Shown here: positions 21,810 to 35,751 of the stretch, piece by piece
Layout: every line of letters starts with the position of its first letter
Numbering within the stretch: position 1 is the first letter of the stretch
DNA from: Selaginella moellendorffii
Taxonomy: Eukaryota > Plantae > Lycopodiophyta
Direction: 5' to 3'
DNA: 64,000 nt
Assembly: GCF_000143415.4 (NCBI RefSeq)
Contig: NW_003314374.1
Location: 1 to 64,000, forward strand
The notes under the pieces: model-generated
Seen by the model: only the letters and a program-made list of their open reading frames with translations
What the model was told of the DNA's origin: nothing
Databases searched by the model: none
Position numbers and translations under genes: made by a program

Positions 21810-23038
21810 CTAGAGTTCTTCCGCATTGCTAGAACTGAGACTAACACAAGGAAACCAATACCTTCGTTTCCTATCAGGGTGTCCATCGTCAATCATCACC
21901 AGGCCTTCCTGTAGTGGAAAGAGAATTAGAAACAAACGAAAGAATGATCAAAGCAACTAAACGTTTCCCCTGATTGGAAACTAGTGAAGAATTCTGAGAG
22001 CGTCTCACCTTCATCAATGTTTCCAAAGCATCGATCACTCGACCGGGATGCCACGATAGAGCGCGTTCTACGTCTTCAACCAGAACAAATCCACGGACCT
22101 GGAAGTAAAAAAAGAAGAGTATAAGATACGTAGTCTCAAAAGTTTCAATCACCTCTGCGAGTTCTAAGATTTGGTTGTGGTCTTTGTTGAGCTCGGTTGG
22201 AACAGAGCGAACGAGTTTCTTTTTGCCGACGGTGAAAACCTCGAAGCCACTTCCGAGTACCTGCAAATAAGCCGTCATGGGACGAATGGTTGACGAGTCT
22301 GCAAAATCATTGAAAGATAACCCATCACACTGCAAACAAATGAATGGAAAACAAAAACAAGAAGAAGCGAACAGAATTAATCCAACGAATTTTTTTCTGC
22401 CCAGGTTTTCTCGTGTTTTCCATACCTTGAGCTTGTCAATCGCCTTGAGACAATCATCGCTAGTGATCGTCTCCCGGGACGTTCGTCTCTTCTTAGATAG
22501 CATCGAGCAGAGCTCGTTGAGATCAATTAGTCCTCCATTGTGAGATCGAGTCGCAAGGCAGATCTCTACAATCTGGACACCTGCGAGCTGAGACTCATCA
22601 ACCAAAAAAAGAGAGAACACGAAGAAAACTTACCAATTTCGTAGTAAAAATCTCCAATTCCTAGAAGCTCGGCCCAGAAACCTTTGTTGGACGCTAAAGG
22701 ATCGACTCCGACTTTGGAACACATCTCATGGAACTGAGCCCGGAACGCTGGATTCTTCTTGATATCATGCTAAGAAACAAACCAAAGCAATCCCATTCAC
22801 GCTCACGATTCCACTCCCATACCTTGTGCTTGCGCGCAAATTCTTCTAGCTGCGTCCTAAACGTCGCCAGCTGCTCTTTGAGAAGATCCGTCCGGATTCT
22901 CGCCACATTCTCGCCAACAGACCGATACTGATCCTGGAATCAACGAAAGCACAGCGTCCGATCCCCACAGCTGAAACAATCTCATACCCTAGCTGCAGCC
23001 GCGGAATGCAATCCCGAGATCCCAGGGCGCCTCTTCAT
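21810..23038 (-). CDS. VPS22: ESCRT-II subunit VPS22/SNF8 (EAP30), multi-exon
   Basis: [66 protein letters not shown]; GT-AG introns. Confidence 0.95.
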
Positions 23039-24479
23039 CGTCCAACAAGAAGAGCCCTAAAATCATGGCTTTCGAGGTAAATTTCTCTTTTATTCATTTC
23101 CAAAGCTATGTAAAGCTATGTTGTTCACATAACTGGAGTGGTAAATTGCAACACCCATGCTATGGCCAATTATGTCCCAACCAACCAGAAAAGAACGTGA
23201 TTTTTTTATGTTGGTATCTTCTTTCTCATCCCGACATAAATCCTTTACAGTATGTTTCTTAAGAGTGTTTCCAAGGGAAAAGGCAAAACGCTCGTGTATA
23301 AAAAAACCATCATCTAGAAAATGTGGCCTCCACTCTCCAGCAGTTATCATCACTGAAAACCATTCGTAAGCTTGTTCATCTCCACCTTTCATTTTATTCT
23401 TCTTCTTTAGTTTTGAGCTTGATTTTGATTGTGTGGGGATTTGGCCACCACTTTGAGGCAAAGTGACATAACTAGAGCTGTAAAGAGTGATGCTGGTTTG
23501 TATATCCCAAGCACATCCAGGACAAACCATGACATGAAATTAGTCCACCCTAACTCCATACTTGCACAAGATGTGATTTTCTTATCCCATTGCAACACTC
23601 CGTTAAGAATCGGAAAAAGCATGATTTTAACAGGTACAAAACTTTGTCAGAGTTGTCTCACAAGATGTAAATGAAAAATTTATGGTTGAAACAACATTAA
23701 TCCCAAGGTAGATAAGAAATTAAAGCTTATCTAGAAAAGGCTTCCACCACGAATATTGACTTGACATCCCTGTAGTTTTCTAGATTTCTGGAAAAAAACA
23801 AACTCATTGACTTGTTAAACCCATAGGATGAAGTCTTACAATTCACACTTTATTGTAGAATATAGAGATGATAGAACGTGTTCATAACTGGAAGATCGAT
23901 GAAACAACAATTCCAACCTCTCTTTCAGTGGAAGGTGTTGGGAGGGTCGTTCTTCATGACTGGGAAGCTTAAACCATTCAAATATCTAAAAAGTCAACGT
24001 GATCTCAATATATATCACATACAAAAACATAGTTTGCCAAAGCGTCCTGGAGTGCAATAATAGCGGCTTATCGCATCACGGCATGGAAAAATCGCCGCAG
24101 CTGTGCCTCTTATATTTCAATGGGATGTCAGCTTTCCGGGCAATTGTGCGATCTTACTGCAAATCCTGAGGCTAAGACTGACCGCGGTGCCTTTCTGAAG
24201 CCCCGCAAAGCTCGCAAATCACTGGGTCTCCCAGGTGGTGGAATGGCCGTTGTGCAAAGTGCTTGAAGCTCACCACCAATAGGTCTTTGCCCGTGAACTC
24301 CCTGCCACAGTTCTCGAGCTCCGCAAGTGCTTCGCAAAGATAGCACGCGGCCAAAAGCGACGCTACAGTAAATGCAACGACATGATCCATGGACATTTGC
24401 TATTTTTTAAGAGACAGGCAATGCGTGTTCAGACAATCGCCACTCAGGAATGGGAAGAGTACAGCGTCCCTTGCCTGAT

Positions 24480-25270
24480 ATTGAAAGCCAAGGCACTCAA
24501 GCTCAGGTGCAATCGGCCATACAGGACCTGCCGCTGGGCAAGGCACTTGATCATCTTGGATTCACGATGGAGATGCTTCGAGCTGCGGGGCCAGAGTGGA
24601 TTGCTAGTGGAGATCTTTAATTAAGTAGAGGCTTCCCCATGGCCTGAACGGTCAATAGAGTTATCCTCCTATACAAATCCGGGGATCCCTCTGTTGTCAC
24701 CAGCTACAAAACATTGGATGTGGCCAGCATTTTTGCAAAGATATTTGCCTGCTTGCTGGAGAAAGAGCTCTCTAGTTGGATGGAAAGGAGTGGGAAGGGT
24801 TTCCGGAGGCATTATTCTTGTAAAGACCAACTCCTGACACTCCAGAACGGAACTGAGTCCTTTTCCTGGGATATGTGGACTTAGCGGATGGTGCAATTGC
24901 AAATCTTTGACAGCCTGCCGATTGAGTCACACATCGGTGTACGCCATCTATCCCCAACTTTGTTCGCCATCTACGTGGATGTTGCAGGGGAAGGTGCTCT
25001 CACGTCTTACCAACTCTCTGGCATGCACCTATATGCGCTGCTCTATGCCGATGATATACTCTTGCCAGCTCCGTCAGCGGCTAAACCTGGGTCTACGTGC
25101 TCAATGACGTTCTGTCACACACCCTGGCATCATATCGATGTGATCATATGCTCCTTGTGGAAATGGGACTAAGAACACCCCTGCATCTTCGCATTTGTTG
25201 CTTATGCCAAACAGATCAGGTGGAAGATGTGTTTCATGTTGTTTACAACTGCATGGCCTTTGTATTATTA
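24480..25270 (+). mobile_element. Non-LTR (LINE) retrotransposon relic: reverse transcriptase and C-terminal zinc finger
   Basis: IGVR.LSPTLFAIYVD, LLYADDILL, CCLCQTDQVEDVFHVVYNC; frameshifted. Confidence 0.8.
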
Positions 25271-25494
25271 AGCTCAGGTGAAGAAAGAAAACGATACAAG
25301 TCAGCCAACACTACCCCGGGAATCGAGATCACCACCTCCTACAGGATTTGAATTTCAAACGCGCGTGTGGAGCTTTGATTTCTTATACTCTGCCACAACT
25401 TACTACTCAGTGTTGCCAGAAAATCCACCCCATGTCTCTTCTTATGCATAGGAGCTGAGGCACCACTCTTTTATCATGTCATCCTTGTGCTCCT

Positions 25495-25716
25495 TCACCG
25501 TCTTGGCGTGGGGTGCTCGTTGCTTTCTCCAGGAGTGTTGCCGGGAGTTTTTTCTCCAGTGCTACCACCCCAAGTAGCGTTGTTATCACGAACTTCTCGA
25601 CTGCCCCAGCCATTTCCACCACCATCTTCACCAGTATTCCAGCCTCTGCCACCATTGTTGCCAGTGTTCCAGCCTCCACGGTCGTTGCTGGGTAACGCCA
25701 CCACCATTGTCGCCAA
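25495..25716 (-). other. Gly/Asn/Trp-rich GW/WG-repeat coding fragment
   Basis: RGGWNTGNNGGRGWNTGEDGGGNGWG...TWGG. Confidence 0.4.
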
Positions 25717-28397
25717 TGGCTCGCCCCTTAAGGTGGTCCGGCTGTTTGCAGCTTTCGGATCAAGTTTTTTTATTTGCGAGAATTTTACTACTGAGTTGCT
25801 ATGATCTTACGTGGTTTGTTGTGGCAGTCATGCTCTCGAGAACATGTACTGCCAGACAAATCTTAGTACACATGGTAATGTTTAATTGGACTGACTTAAA
25901 CCTCCACTTAGGATTGCCAAGTGTACTGCCTCAACGGGCTCGCCACGTGCACGTTAAGGCGGTTCACTGGCAACCCGTGAACCAATCATCGTCAGCTTCA
26001 CCATTTTCCCGGGATTTCTACCACAAGGTTGTTGCAGTGATGCACCGTCAACGAAGCTATTATCTGAAAAAAAAGTCGTTACAAACAGAGAAATCAGGAT
26101 TTCTCCAGCTACATGGAATTTCGATGGTAGTAACTTCGATCTCTTTTTCCAATGCGTCCTTCTTGGAGGAACGCAAGATTATAAGATGATTCTCCGGTCG
26201 AAGAGAAAAGACTGTCTGTTTTGGAACATCGAAGGACTTTCATACCCACAGGAGCGATTTTCCGCGTGGTCTGAATTGTGAACGAAAAGAAAGTCCTTGA
26301 AAATCATTTACAAGAGAAAGAAGAAGAGAAACATCACCTTTCGCTTATAGACCAAAATTCTTGTGCATCCTCTATACATTTCCCTCAGACATCTCGGTCA
26401 GGTGCTCTACATTAGCTGAAGGAATCCTATTGCAGCACCGGATCGTGGGAAGCTGTGGTCGTGGTTTTCTCATACAGCTTTTGCCTTCTCGCTGTTTGAT
26501 CATCATTTACAGCAGCACTCGAATCGTCAACATCCCGGTCTTCCTATCTGACAGATCGGTAGGGCTCCGTTTTCCTTTCAGGATGCATAAGAAGGGAAGC
26601 GAGATGGATCGGACAGTGTGGGAGGAGCGTCGCCATGCCCCGGCATATCTAAAATGCGCGATCATATCAGGTCTTAGCGTTGCAGGGAGGCCGATCTTAT
26701 CTTTGCGTGCGTGCATGAGCGCTACAAGATGCCCGGATGGTCGCCTTGAGCATGTTCGCAAGGTGCTCGCGAGTGTGCTGTGATTTTTGCGTGAAGGAGA
26801 GCTACAAGATGCCCGATTTTGTCCTGCTTCTAGTCGGCAAGAAAGGGAGCTCGCCAGTGGGATCTTTGGCGCTGTGATCAGGAGCGCTATTTGTCTTGCT
26901 TCTAGTCGGCAAGAAAGGGGTCGCCGTTGGGCTGCTCGCGGCTCGCTCGCGGATGGATATCTTTGAAGGCATCCCTCCCAGTCTCGGATCGTCAAACTCT
27001 ATAGGAGGGTAGTCACGCCACTTTGGATTCGCATTCTCACTCATCTATGCTACCCTCGAGAAACTTCGAGGTCGCTGTTATCCTTTGAGCATGCCCCGAA
27101 TGGCTGGCCGCCAATAACCTCACGCGCTTAGATTGTGTTCCACGCCGCCTTTGTGATCGTGCCATCAGGATGCCGCTCCCACTTGTAAAACGAGACCCCG
27201 ATTGAGCAATACGCCTTAGAGAACGTCGCTCTCTTGATCATCGCCGACCTGTTCAAGCTTCTCGTCTAGTGCAGCATACATGTTATACCATTTTGCGCAC
27301 AGGAAGAGGATCCCGCCTGGCCGCCTGCCGTCGAATTCGCCACTGAAAAAAGTGCGACTCGCAACGCGCAAGCAGCAAAAGGATTTACCTGTACGACATT
27401 AACACCCGGAAAGGAAGCCCGCGGGATCCTTCCATGGATCTGGGAGATGCCTGATGATCCAGCTCTCCCCGATAACAATCCGTGGATGCGGCAAGAGCTC
27501 CTCAAGCGACAAGAGTGCCATCAACCTGGAAAAGTGCAGTGTAGGATTTTAGGATTGCCAATTTATTCTATACTGGTAAAGAATCCAGAAAAATTCCACA
27601 GCATGGGTGATTGATTGACAATTGATTCACAATCCCAGTCGCAGTGGTGGCCGATATGATCACCCTTGTCGTCTCTTGGAATTGCAGTATATGGCAACTC
27701 TCATTTAATAATTGCTAACAAGTTCTCTTCCATCCATGACAACATTTCAATGGAAGTTTAAACAAGTATGGTGAACATTAGTGTATGCAGAGAACATTCG
27801 ATGATAAGATAGAAACGATTTTCTTGCTATGTTTTTCTTGTAAACCATGACAAGGATAGGAAAACTATACAGATATTGTGGGATGTGCTCAAGCTGTCTA
27901 CCTCAAATGCCAAGTTCAATTCTTGCTGAAACTCTAGTTTCCCAGAAGACAAGTTTACATCTTCTTTGACTTTCACTACTTTGCTAGAAATTATTAGTGA
28001 TAAGTAAACCTTGATTACAAATATATTGGAGGAATGTACTCGATTATTAATCAAACCATCTTCATGAATAATTTAGGAATATACAATGGCCTTTCACCCT
28101 AAAAAAGGACTGCCTACAGTCAAATGATTTTCTTGACTTGGACATTGAGCACTTTTACCTGTTAAGAACACCACTGCCAGAATGAGAACATTGCATTCTT
28201 CCATATGTATATGGAGCTTGGGTGGATTGCATTGGCCTAGACGTCTTGGCTAGAGCTATATCCCTGCAAGCATCACTCTTCACAAGTCTAGCTATGTCTG
28301 ATCTGACATGCTTTATACTTTCGCGATCAACATGCTCTTGATCAAGCTCAAAACTCAAAAAAGAAGAAGAAAATGAAAGCTGGATGAACGAGTTCAC

Positions 28398-28450
28398 ATT
28401 TGGTTTTCCAGTGACAACTGCTGGAGAGTAGCCATGGAACTTAGAATTCC
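28398..28450 (-). pseudogene. Isolated glutamate dehydrogenase exon fragment
   Basis: SKFHGYSPAVVTGKP, the conserved plant NAD-GDH peptide, followed by GT; rest of the gene not seen. Confidence 0.7.
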
Positions 28451-29283
28451 ATGTGGAGGCCACCTTTTCTGGATGATGGCTAGACTTTTAGGCATTAGTG
28501 TGCTGCCAGACATCAGGACGGGTACTACTTTGTAATTGGATGCACCCCTGTGCTCAAGTGCGACTTTCCAATCTCCAAGCTGCTGTTCTATGGTGTAAGC
28601 TAGGATGAGAGCACTCTCCACCAGCATTGGCTCTCATAGGACTGGGAAGTCACAGTGGCATTCCAGTAGCGCTTCAAGTGGTACATCCAGTTGCAAAACA
28701 AAGTAATGTATCCAGTTTTGGTTTTTCTGGCTTGGATACTTCAAGTTCCATGGGTACTCTCCAGCAATTGTGACTGGAAAATATTGGACGAACACCAGCA
28801 AAGGCCTCTTATCTTTGAAACCACTTGCTGTAAGAAATCTCCCACGCCAGATCCACACTTCGTAATCAGACACTGGGAGCAGGGAAGTAGAACTATTTTT
28901 TCCTGTGCTTTTATCTCAAATCCCCCACCGGAATTGAAAGAATAGCAAAGAGGAAGAGCTATGAAAAACTTCGCAATTTCCAAGTGATACTCGGGCTTAA
29001 CAAGAATGCACACTAATCTAAAGAAAGGACAATAAGCGCTCACTAGGAGAGCCGCGAATATGCCCCGCATTTAAAGGCCCGCATTTAAACGCTCGTTCTT
29101 TGGCTGTTTGATAACGAACATAAAGGCCGAGATTTAATAAACGAGGATGAAAGGATTTGGTTATAAGAGGAGAAAAAATTTGATCCATCATAGAGTACGA
29201 ATTAAGATATCACCAGTAGCATACAAAACCATACTAGAAAACCTCCCTTGCGAACCACTGATTGATCGAAGAACACTCGCGAC

Positions 29284-29873
29284 TCAGCACTTGACTTCCT
29301 TGAGCGCGTGCTTGAAGTAGATGAAGGTGGGATCCGACCTGCCTTCCTTGTAGTATGCCAAGACGTACGTGGCATCGTCCTTCATGCTCTCGCCGACGAA
29401 GCTACCAAAAAGCACCAGAGATCTCATCAGTTCCAATCGAGCTCGGAGCAGATCCTAGAGCAAACGAGAGAAGAGAGAACTTACAACTGGAAGTCATTGA
29501 GCTTGGAGAGGATCCACTTGACGGCGGCCTCCACATTCTTCTTGAACTCGGCCTTCTCCTCCTCGGGGAGGATCTCCGTGAGGTTCTTGATGAACTTCTT
29601 CATGCAGCCGAGGAACGTCTTCTTGTCGAAGGCTGGCTGCTCCTGGAGGCGAAAGGTGTCGACAATGTCCACCACTTTCGCTGCCTGATCGTCCACGCCT
29701 TCGTCATCCTCGCCGCCCTCCTGCGATGGATTGGCGCCGATGTCCACGTCCACACATCCCGTCACGACCCATTTGCCCTCGACCTCCCACAGCACGCCAT
29801 TCTGGATCTCCTTGTAGGGGAAGGAATCCGACAGGAGCTCGTCGCCAGACAGCAAATCCTGGTACACGAGCAT
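29284..29873 (-). CDS. TCTP: Translationally controlled tumor protein; intron 29402-29484
   Basis: [33 protein letters not shown], ends LKEVKC. Confidence 0.97.
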
Positions 29874-30323
29874 GGCGATCGACCACGCGCCGCCTCGATC
29901 TAGATCTGCCGGAATTCCAGAGGCGAGAGAGCGCCTACTTACTTGCGCGCCTCCAAACCCTAGCTCGTCACAAAGAGGGGCCGGCGCAAAGCCATATCCA
30001 GGGTTTCTAGAGGCATATTCCACCATCTCTAACGGAATATTCTCTAGCGGAATGCATCAAACCGAATATGCTCATGGACTTTACGACAGAATGTTCTCCT
30101 TCTTTTAGGTTAAGAAGCCCATCGGATTGGAGGCTCTATCTCCATCAAGAGTGTTTTTTGCGTTGCGCTGCGCTCGCGGCCAGGTATTTTGTTTCGGCGA
30201 TTGATGCCAGATCGATCCAGCGAGCAAGCTCCTTTTGCTGCCGCGAGGAGGTCCGGCTAGGGTTGAGAGGATTGTCGCTCTCCATGGCGAGATTGTAGCT
30301 AGATTAGTAGGGCGGCGGCGATA
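29874..30323. promoter_or_regulatory. Shared divergent promoter of TCTP and SSU72 with a telo-box-like motif
   Basis: 450 bp between the ATGs; AAACCCTA at 29955-29962 and TAGGGTT near 30258. Confidence 0.6.
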
Positions 30324-31562
30324 ATGAAGCTCCGCCATGCTATGGTGTGTGCCTCCAATCAGAATCGGAGTATGGAAGCTCACGCCCTCTTGCAAAGAGA
30401 AGGCTTAGATGTGAGCTCGTATGGAACAGGCAATCAAGTGAAGCTCCCGGGGCCGACGATTCGAGACCCCAATATCTACCAGTTTGGAACGCCGTATACC
30501 GCGATAATCGAAGATCTCAAGAACAAGGATCCCGACTTGTATGTTTTGCAATTTTTTCTTTTCTTCGTTTCTTCCTTTGCCTTTGTCTTCTTGCTCTTGT
30601 TCTTGGTCTTGGTTTTTGTGAACCCCTTCTTTTTTCGTTGTTTCTCACGACCTTGTCGCTTCATTGGCCATTGCAGATACAAAAGGAACGGCTTGCTACC
30701 GATGCTCAAGCGCAACGCGAGTGTCAAAGACGCTCCCCAGCGCTGGCAAGACAACGCTGGCGATGGCGCCTTCGATGTGGTGCTGACTTTCGAGGAGAGA
30801 GTTTTCGACCTTGTCAACGAAGGTACATTTTCTTTTGTTACTCGGCTTGTTTGTTTCGCAAATCTTTTGCCTGTTCTTAGTTTTTTTATGTGTTCCTGGC
30901 AGATCTCCAAAACCGCGAGCAAACGCTCTTCAAGACGGTGCTGGTCGTGAACTTGGACGTCAAAGACAACCACGAAGAAGCAGCGGTTGGTGCCAAGCTC
31001 GCGCTGGATTTGTGCAAAAAGGTAAAATTCCTCTCCCTCGATCCCAATCTTGATCCTTCGCGATGCTTGCTAGAGATTTTCCGTATGGTGTTTGTCCCGC
31101 TAACACTCCTTAGAAAGAAGATGACAAACGAAAGAGGATTTTTTTTTCTTTCATCTCCACTCCAAGCTCGATAGAATGAATCGATCTGGAAGATCGCTCT
31201 TGGAAATCGATGGGCAGTGACAATTGGTTGACGGGGACACGGGATATCACTAAACCCTATCAATGAAAGAATGAAAATCCATCCATTGCTATGTACATAG
31301 CGAGTTCTTTAAACTTCTGGGGGAGTTTACACCACACTACTAAAGAAAGATCACGATGGTTTGTGTTCTTGGCTTATGTTCTTAACTTCCCTCGCGATTT
31401 CTCTGTTCTTTTTTCACTTAGAAAGGTGGTTTTGATCGAATCTCTCGTGTTTTGCAGCTAGAGGAGAGCGAGAAGAACTGGGAGGACGAGATCGACGATA
31501 TCGTGCGGAGATTTGAGAAGCAACACAAGCGGAGATTGATCTACACCATATGTTTCTATTGA
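30324..31562 (+). CDS. SSU72: RNA polymerase II CTD phosphatase SSU72 (exons ~30324-30538, 30678-30822, 30903-31021, 31458-31562)
   Basis: Catalytic CASNQNRS, VKLPGP, TFEERVFD, VKDNHEEA, ends YTICFY. Confidence 0.97.
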
Positions 31563-31749
31563 GACGATGAAAGAGAAAAGCTGGAAAAATGTGATACCAA
31601 GTTTGTTTGCCCTAGATTCTTTTTGGATATTCTATTTGTAACGTGTCCTAGATTCGTGTAGAATGTTCTATTTGAAACGTTATGCCATATTTCTCGGTGT
31701 GTGTGAGCTAAGTAGGGTTTAGGGTGTGTGAAAGTAAGGGAAGAGCGCC

Positions 31750-34700
31750 ATGGATTTCATGCGCGGGGTCGATCAAGCGGTGGCTTTGTGCCGCGCATGC
31801 GTGGAGACGAATCGCGGCACGCGGATGCTCGTTATAGTGCCGTCCGGGACATCGGCGGAGGAGTTTAGAGGTATGGAGCTCGATCCATCGATCGATGATC
31901 GCCGGGTACTTGAGGGCTTTTTCTTCTTGCAGAGAGGGTGAGGGCTGTGCATTCTACCAATTTTCCGGAGCACGGAAATGTAGGCATCAAGAACATCATG
32001 GTACGAAACCGCTGGAGAAAAAGCTCTGGGAAGTTTCTGAGATTTCTTGTGTGTTTTCCAGATCATGGTTGCGGGGTATTGGTATGCTTTCACCCATGGC
32101 AACATTGGAACGGCTGCTCAAGGAACCGATGCGCGATTTAGAGTCGAGCTTTTCGAGGAACAGGAGGAAGTCGTGGATCCTTCTCCATCCGGGACTCCCG
32201 CGAGAAGGGAGCTTGCGGCCGGAGAGGATGTGCGTCAGCAGCCGGCGAGAGAGGAGAGTAGACTTGGCAGAGCCGTGACTAGTTTGCGACGAACCCTCGA
32301 GGAGATGGAGGACATTCGTGGAACTGGTCCTGGAAGGGTGGTGAACAATGCTCAAGGGGTGAGGATCACTGCTCCTCCTCCAGCGAACGAGGTTATGGTT
32401 GGATCTGCCGCGGACGAAAGGAATGACGACGTCCAGATGGTGGATGGTTCTGAGCCCGAGTCTAGAGCAGTGGCGGAAACCGATATCGCCGAGAGTAGCG
32501 GACAGGAAACAAGGTCCGGCCCTTCTCTGCGATGTAACGACGTTCAGATGGTGGATGGTTCTGAGCCCCACTCTAGAGCAGTGGCGGAAATGGACGTCCC
32601 TGAGAGTAACGGACAGGAGACAAGGTCCGCCTCTTCTCTGCGACGATCGCACGACATGCCTTCTGAAAATCCAGCCGATAAGTCGCAGAACGGTTGTCGA
32701 GGGGTTTCTCCTCCTCCAGTGAAACTTGCCAGCTCCGCGACGAGCGACTGCAACATGGTGGATGTTTCCGTGCCCGAGGCTGCGGCGGCGACCGCACAGG
32801 AAACAGAAGTGGAAGTTATGAAGGAGCTGGGAGAAAGAACTGTGGAGGGTGGTAACGATGAACAAGGGAGAGACGAGGTAGAGGTAGAAGGAGCTGGAAG
32901 GGAGGGACAGAAACTAGAATCGAGTACGGACGATTCGGAAGGATCTGAGGAGGAGGAGGATGAACTAGAAGGCAGGAGAGATGAGCGACAAGAAAACGAG
33001 GAAAAGGAAGTAGAGGCAGGACTGCAGATTGGAGACGAGAAGGAGCTAGAAACTGAGAAAGGCAGTTCTGAGAAAAATGTAGGAGACATGGAGGCTCAGA
33101 AGGATGCGACAGCGTCATCAGTGCTTAATATTCTTCTCGGCTCCTCTGAGGGAACTGAAGATCGCTCGAACGCGAAAGCTAGTGGCGAGCCTACTCGAAT
33201 CGATGAGCCTGTTGCTACTGATGGCAATGGCAGTGCCTCAGGACACGATTTTATAGCCGAGAAACCTACAGCCAAGCGAAAACACGACTGGTCTTTGGAT
33301 GCATCGCACAAGAGGTCGAGAGTGGANNNNNNNNNNNNNNNNNNNNNNNNNNNNNNNNNNNNNNNNNNNNNNNNNNNNNNNNNNNNNNNNNNNNNNNNNN
33401 NNNNNNNNNNNNNNNNNNNNNNNNNNNNNNNNNNNNNNNNNNNNNNNNNNNNNNNNNNNNNNNNNNNNNNNNNNNNNNNNNNNNNNNNNNNNNNNNNNNN
33501 NNNNNNNNNNNNNNNNNNNNNNNNNNNNNNNNNNNNNNNNNNNNNNNNNNNNNNNNNNNNNNNNNNNNNNNNNNNNNNNNNNNNNNNNNNNNNNNNNNNN
33601 NNNNNNNNNNNNNNNNNNNNNNNNNNNNNNNNNNNNNNNNNNNNNNNNNNNNNNNNNNNNNNNNNNNCGCTGCTGATGGGCCTGTCTTGGACAACTTGTG
33701 TGACAACGTCATAAGTCAGCATTTTTCTTCTGAAGCTTCTGGTTCAGATAGCGAAGAGGACGAGTCTCAAGCTCCCGTGGAGAATCCCGCATCAAGTCAG
33801 GTGAAGGCTCCTATGAAAGAGGCGGTTGGAAAAAGGAAGACTGTTACTTCCGATTCAGATAGTGAGGATGAAGAAGCTGCCACCCAAGCTCCGGTGGGAA
33901 AGAAACAAGAAGAGGCTGCTACAGTTGGATTAAAAAACACAGGCAGTGCTACTTCTGATTCAGATAGCGAGGACGACACTCAAGTTCCGGTGGAAAAGAA
34001 TCAAGAAGAGGCTACTACAGTTGGAGTAAAAAAAACAGGCAGTGCTACTTCCGATTCAGATAGTAAGGACGAAGAAGAACTTCCGGTAGAAAATAATCAA
34101 CAAGAGGCTGCCACAGTTGGAGGAAAAAAAACAGGCAATGCTACTTCCGATCCAGATAGCGAGGACGACACTCAAGTTCCGGTGGAAAAGAATCAGGAAA
34201 AGGCTGCTACAGTTGGAGGAAAACAAATACGCAGTTTAGAATATCAAACTAAGACGCAGGCTCCGCTGCAAAGTCAGAAGAAGAGTGCCGCGAAACAGGC
34301 TACTGCGGGTAGAAAGAAGACGACCGACGTGGACAAAGACGATGCACAGCATAAGCCTGGAGGAAAAAAAACAGGCGGTAGCGAGGATGAAGAGGCCGAC
34401 GCCGTAGAAACTCACACTAAGACTCGGGCTCCTCTGCAAAGTCAGACGCAGACCGTCGTGAAGCAGGTTACTGCGGGTAGAAAGAAGACAAGCGTTTCCG
34501 GCGACGACGAAGACGATGCCCTGCATAATCTTGGAGGAAAAAAAACAGGCAATATCGAGGACGAAGAAGCCGAAGAAACTCAGACTCAGACTCAGGCCCC
34601 TCCGCAAAGTCAGACGAATACTGCCGCGAAGCAGGCTACTGCGGTTAGAACGAAGGCAAGCGTTTCCAGTTCACAGAAGCAGAGGCTTGAGAGTCGTGCA

Positions 34701-35751
34701 GCTTCTCAATCCGACTCGGAGCAGGAGTTGCCAAGCTCTCAGCCACCAAAATCTGGGAAAGCAAGAGACAGGCGCCTTTCTGGGACGCGTAAGCGAGGAA
34801 AACCTCCAGCTAAAACCGCTTCCGGTTCCGATGCTAGCGAAGAGGAATCGGATACGGACTTCAAACTAAGGTTGAAAGGAGCAAGTACTCCGAGGAGAAA
34901 TCCTCGCAGAACCGCCGTTGATTCCAGGTAAGCTAGTCTGTTCAGTTTCGTCTTCGAACGCTGATACTTGACAATTGAACTTGCAGGTTCCAGATGTTTG
35001 TTGATAAAAACGACGGCTTGGACTCGCTCTTTACAGCACGGAGCTCCAGTCGACCGGTCACGGAGCCGGACGTTGTCCCGGAGACGCAAAACGTGGAAGA
35101 AACTTTGACGGGCCCTCAAGGTGGTCAGAAGAAAACAGCGAGCCGAAGAAGCTCGCAGGCCCAAACTCCTCCGGTCATTCAGCAGGATCCTTCTCCAGTG
35201 ATGATCATCACTCCGGAAGGAGTGGTGAGCTCTCAAGAAGCAGCGCCAGGGGCAGAGAAAGCTCGCGGCGAAACGAAAAGAAAGCGTCCTTCAGCGAAGG
35301 CAAGCAAGCGCCGCGCCAAGAGCAGCGAGCAAACTCCGGCTCCAACGCGCACTACTTTCACTCCGGCTCCATCTCCGACTACTCCTTTGGCTCCGATTCC
35401 ACTCATGGAGAGAATGCCAACGTCGAGTGGTAAGAAGAAGCGTAGGTAAATATCTTCTCGCTCTCACCTTTTTTATCGCGCTCTCTGGTTTTTTCCTTGA
35501 TTTTTCTTACTTTCTTTACAGGCAGGCGTAGAGAGCCCGTGGATTGTCCATTCTGTGGTAGAACCTATTCCTACCAGACTGGAGCGTTTAAGAAAGCTTG
35601 TGGAAGAAAGAGGAATCTTCTTTTTCAAAAGCAGGATATGCTTTTAGGGGTAAGATATTCCGTCTATAGGACGGTATATTTCTTTTTGTTTTTTGAAAGA
35701 GGTATATTCGATGTTTATCAGATCCATTACGCTTTAGGGGTTTTTGTCTGA
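31750..35751 (+). CDS. Large uncharacterized protein: small N-terminal globular domain, long acidic repetitive low-complexity region, degenerate C-terminal C2HC zinc finger; spans the assembly gap
   Basis: Spliced N-terminus (VETNRGTRMLVIVP...HSTNFPEHGNVGIKNIM..GYWY); long ORFs 32062-33326, 33687-34927, 34987-35445 with SDSDSED repeats; last exon DCPFCGRTY. Confidence 0.6.
33327..33667. other. Assembly gap (N run)
   Basis: Run of n. Confidence 1.

Noticed and set aside
30001-30070. Short palindrome and heat-shock-element-like GAAnnTTC in the TCTP/SSU72 promoter
   Set aside because: Only two clean nGAAn units; too weak to call
33096-33722. ORFs containing X runs
   Set aside because: Artefacts of translating the N gap
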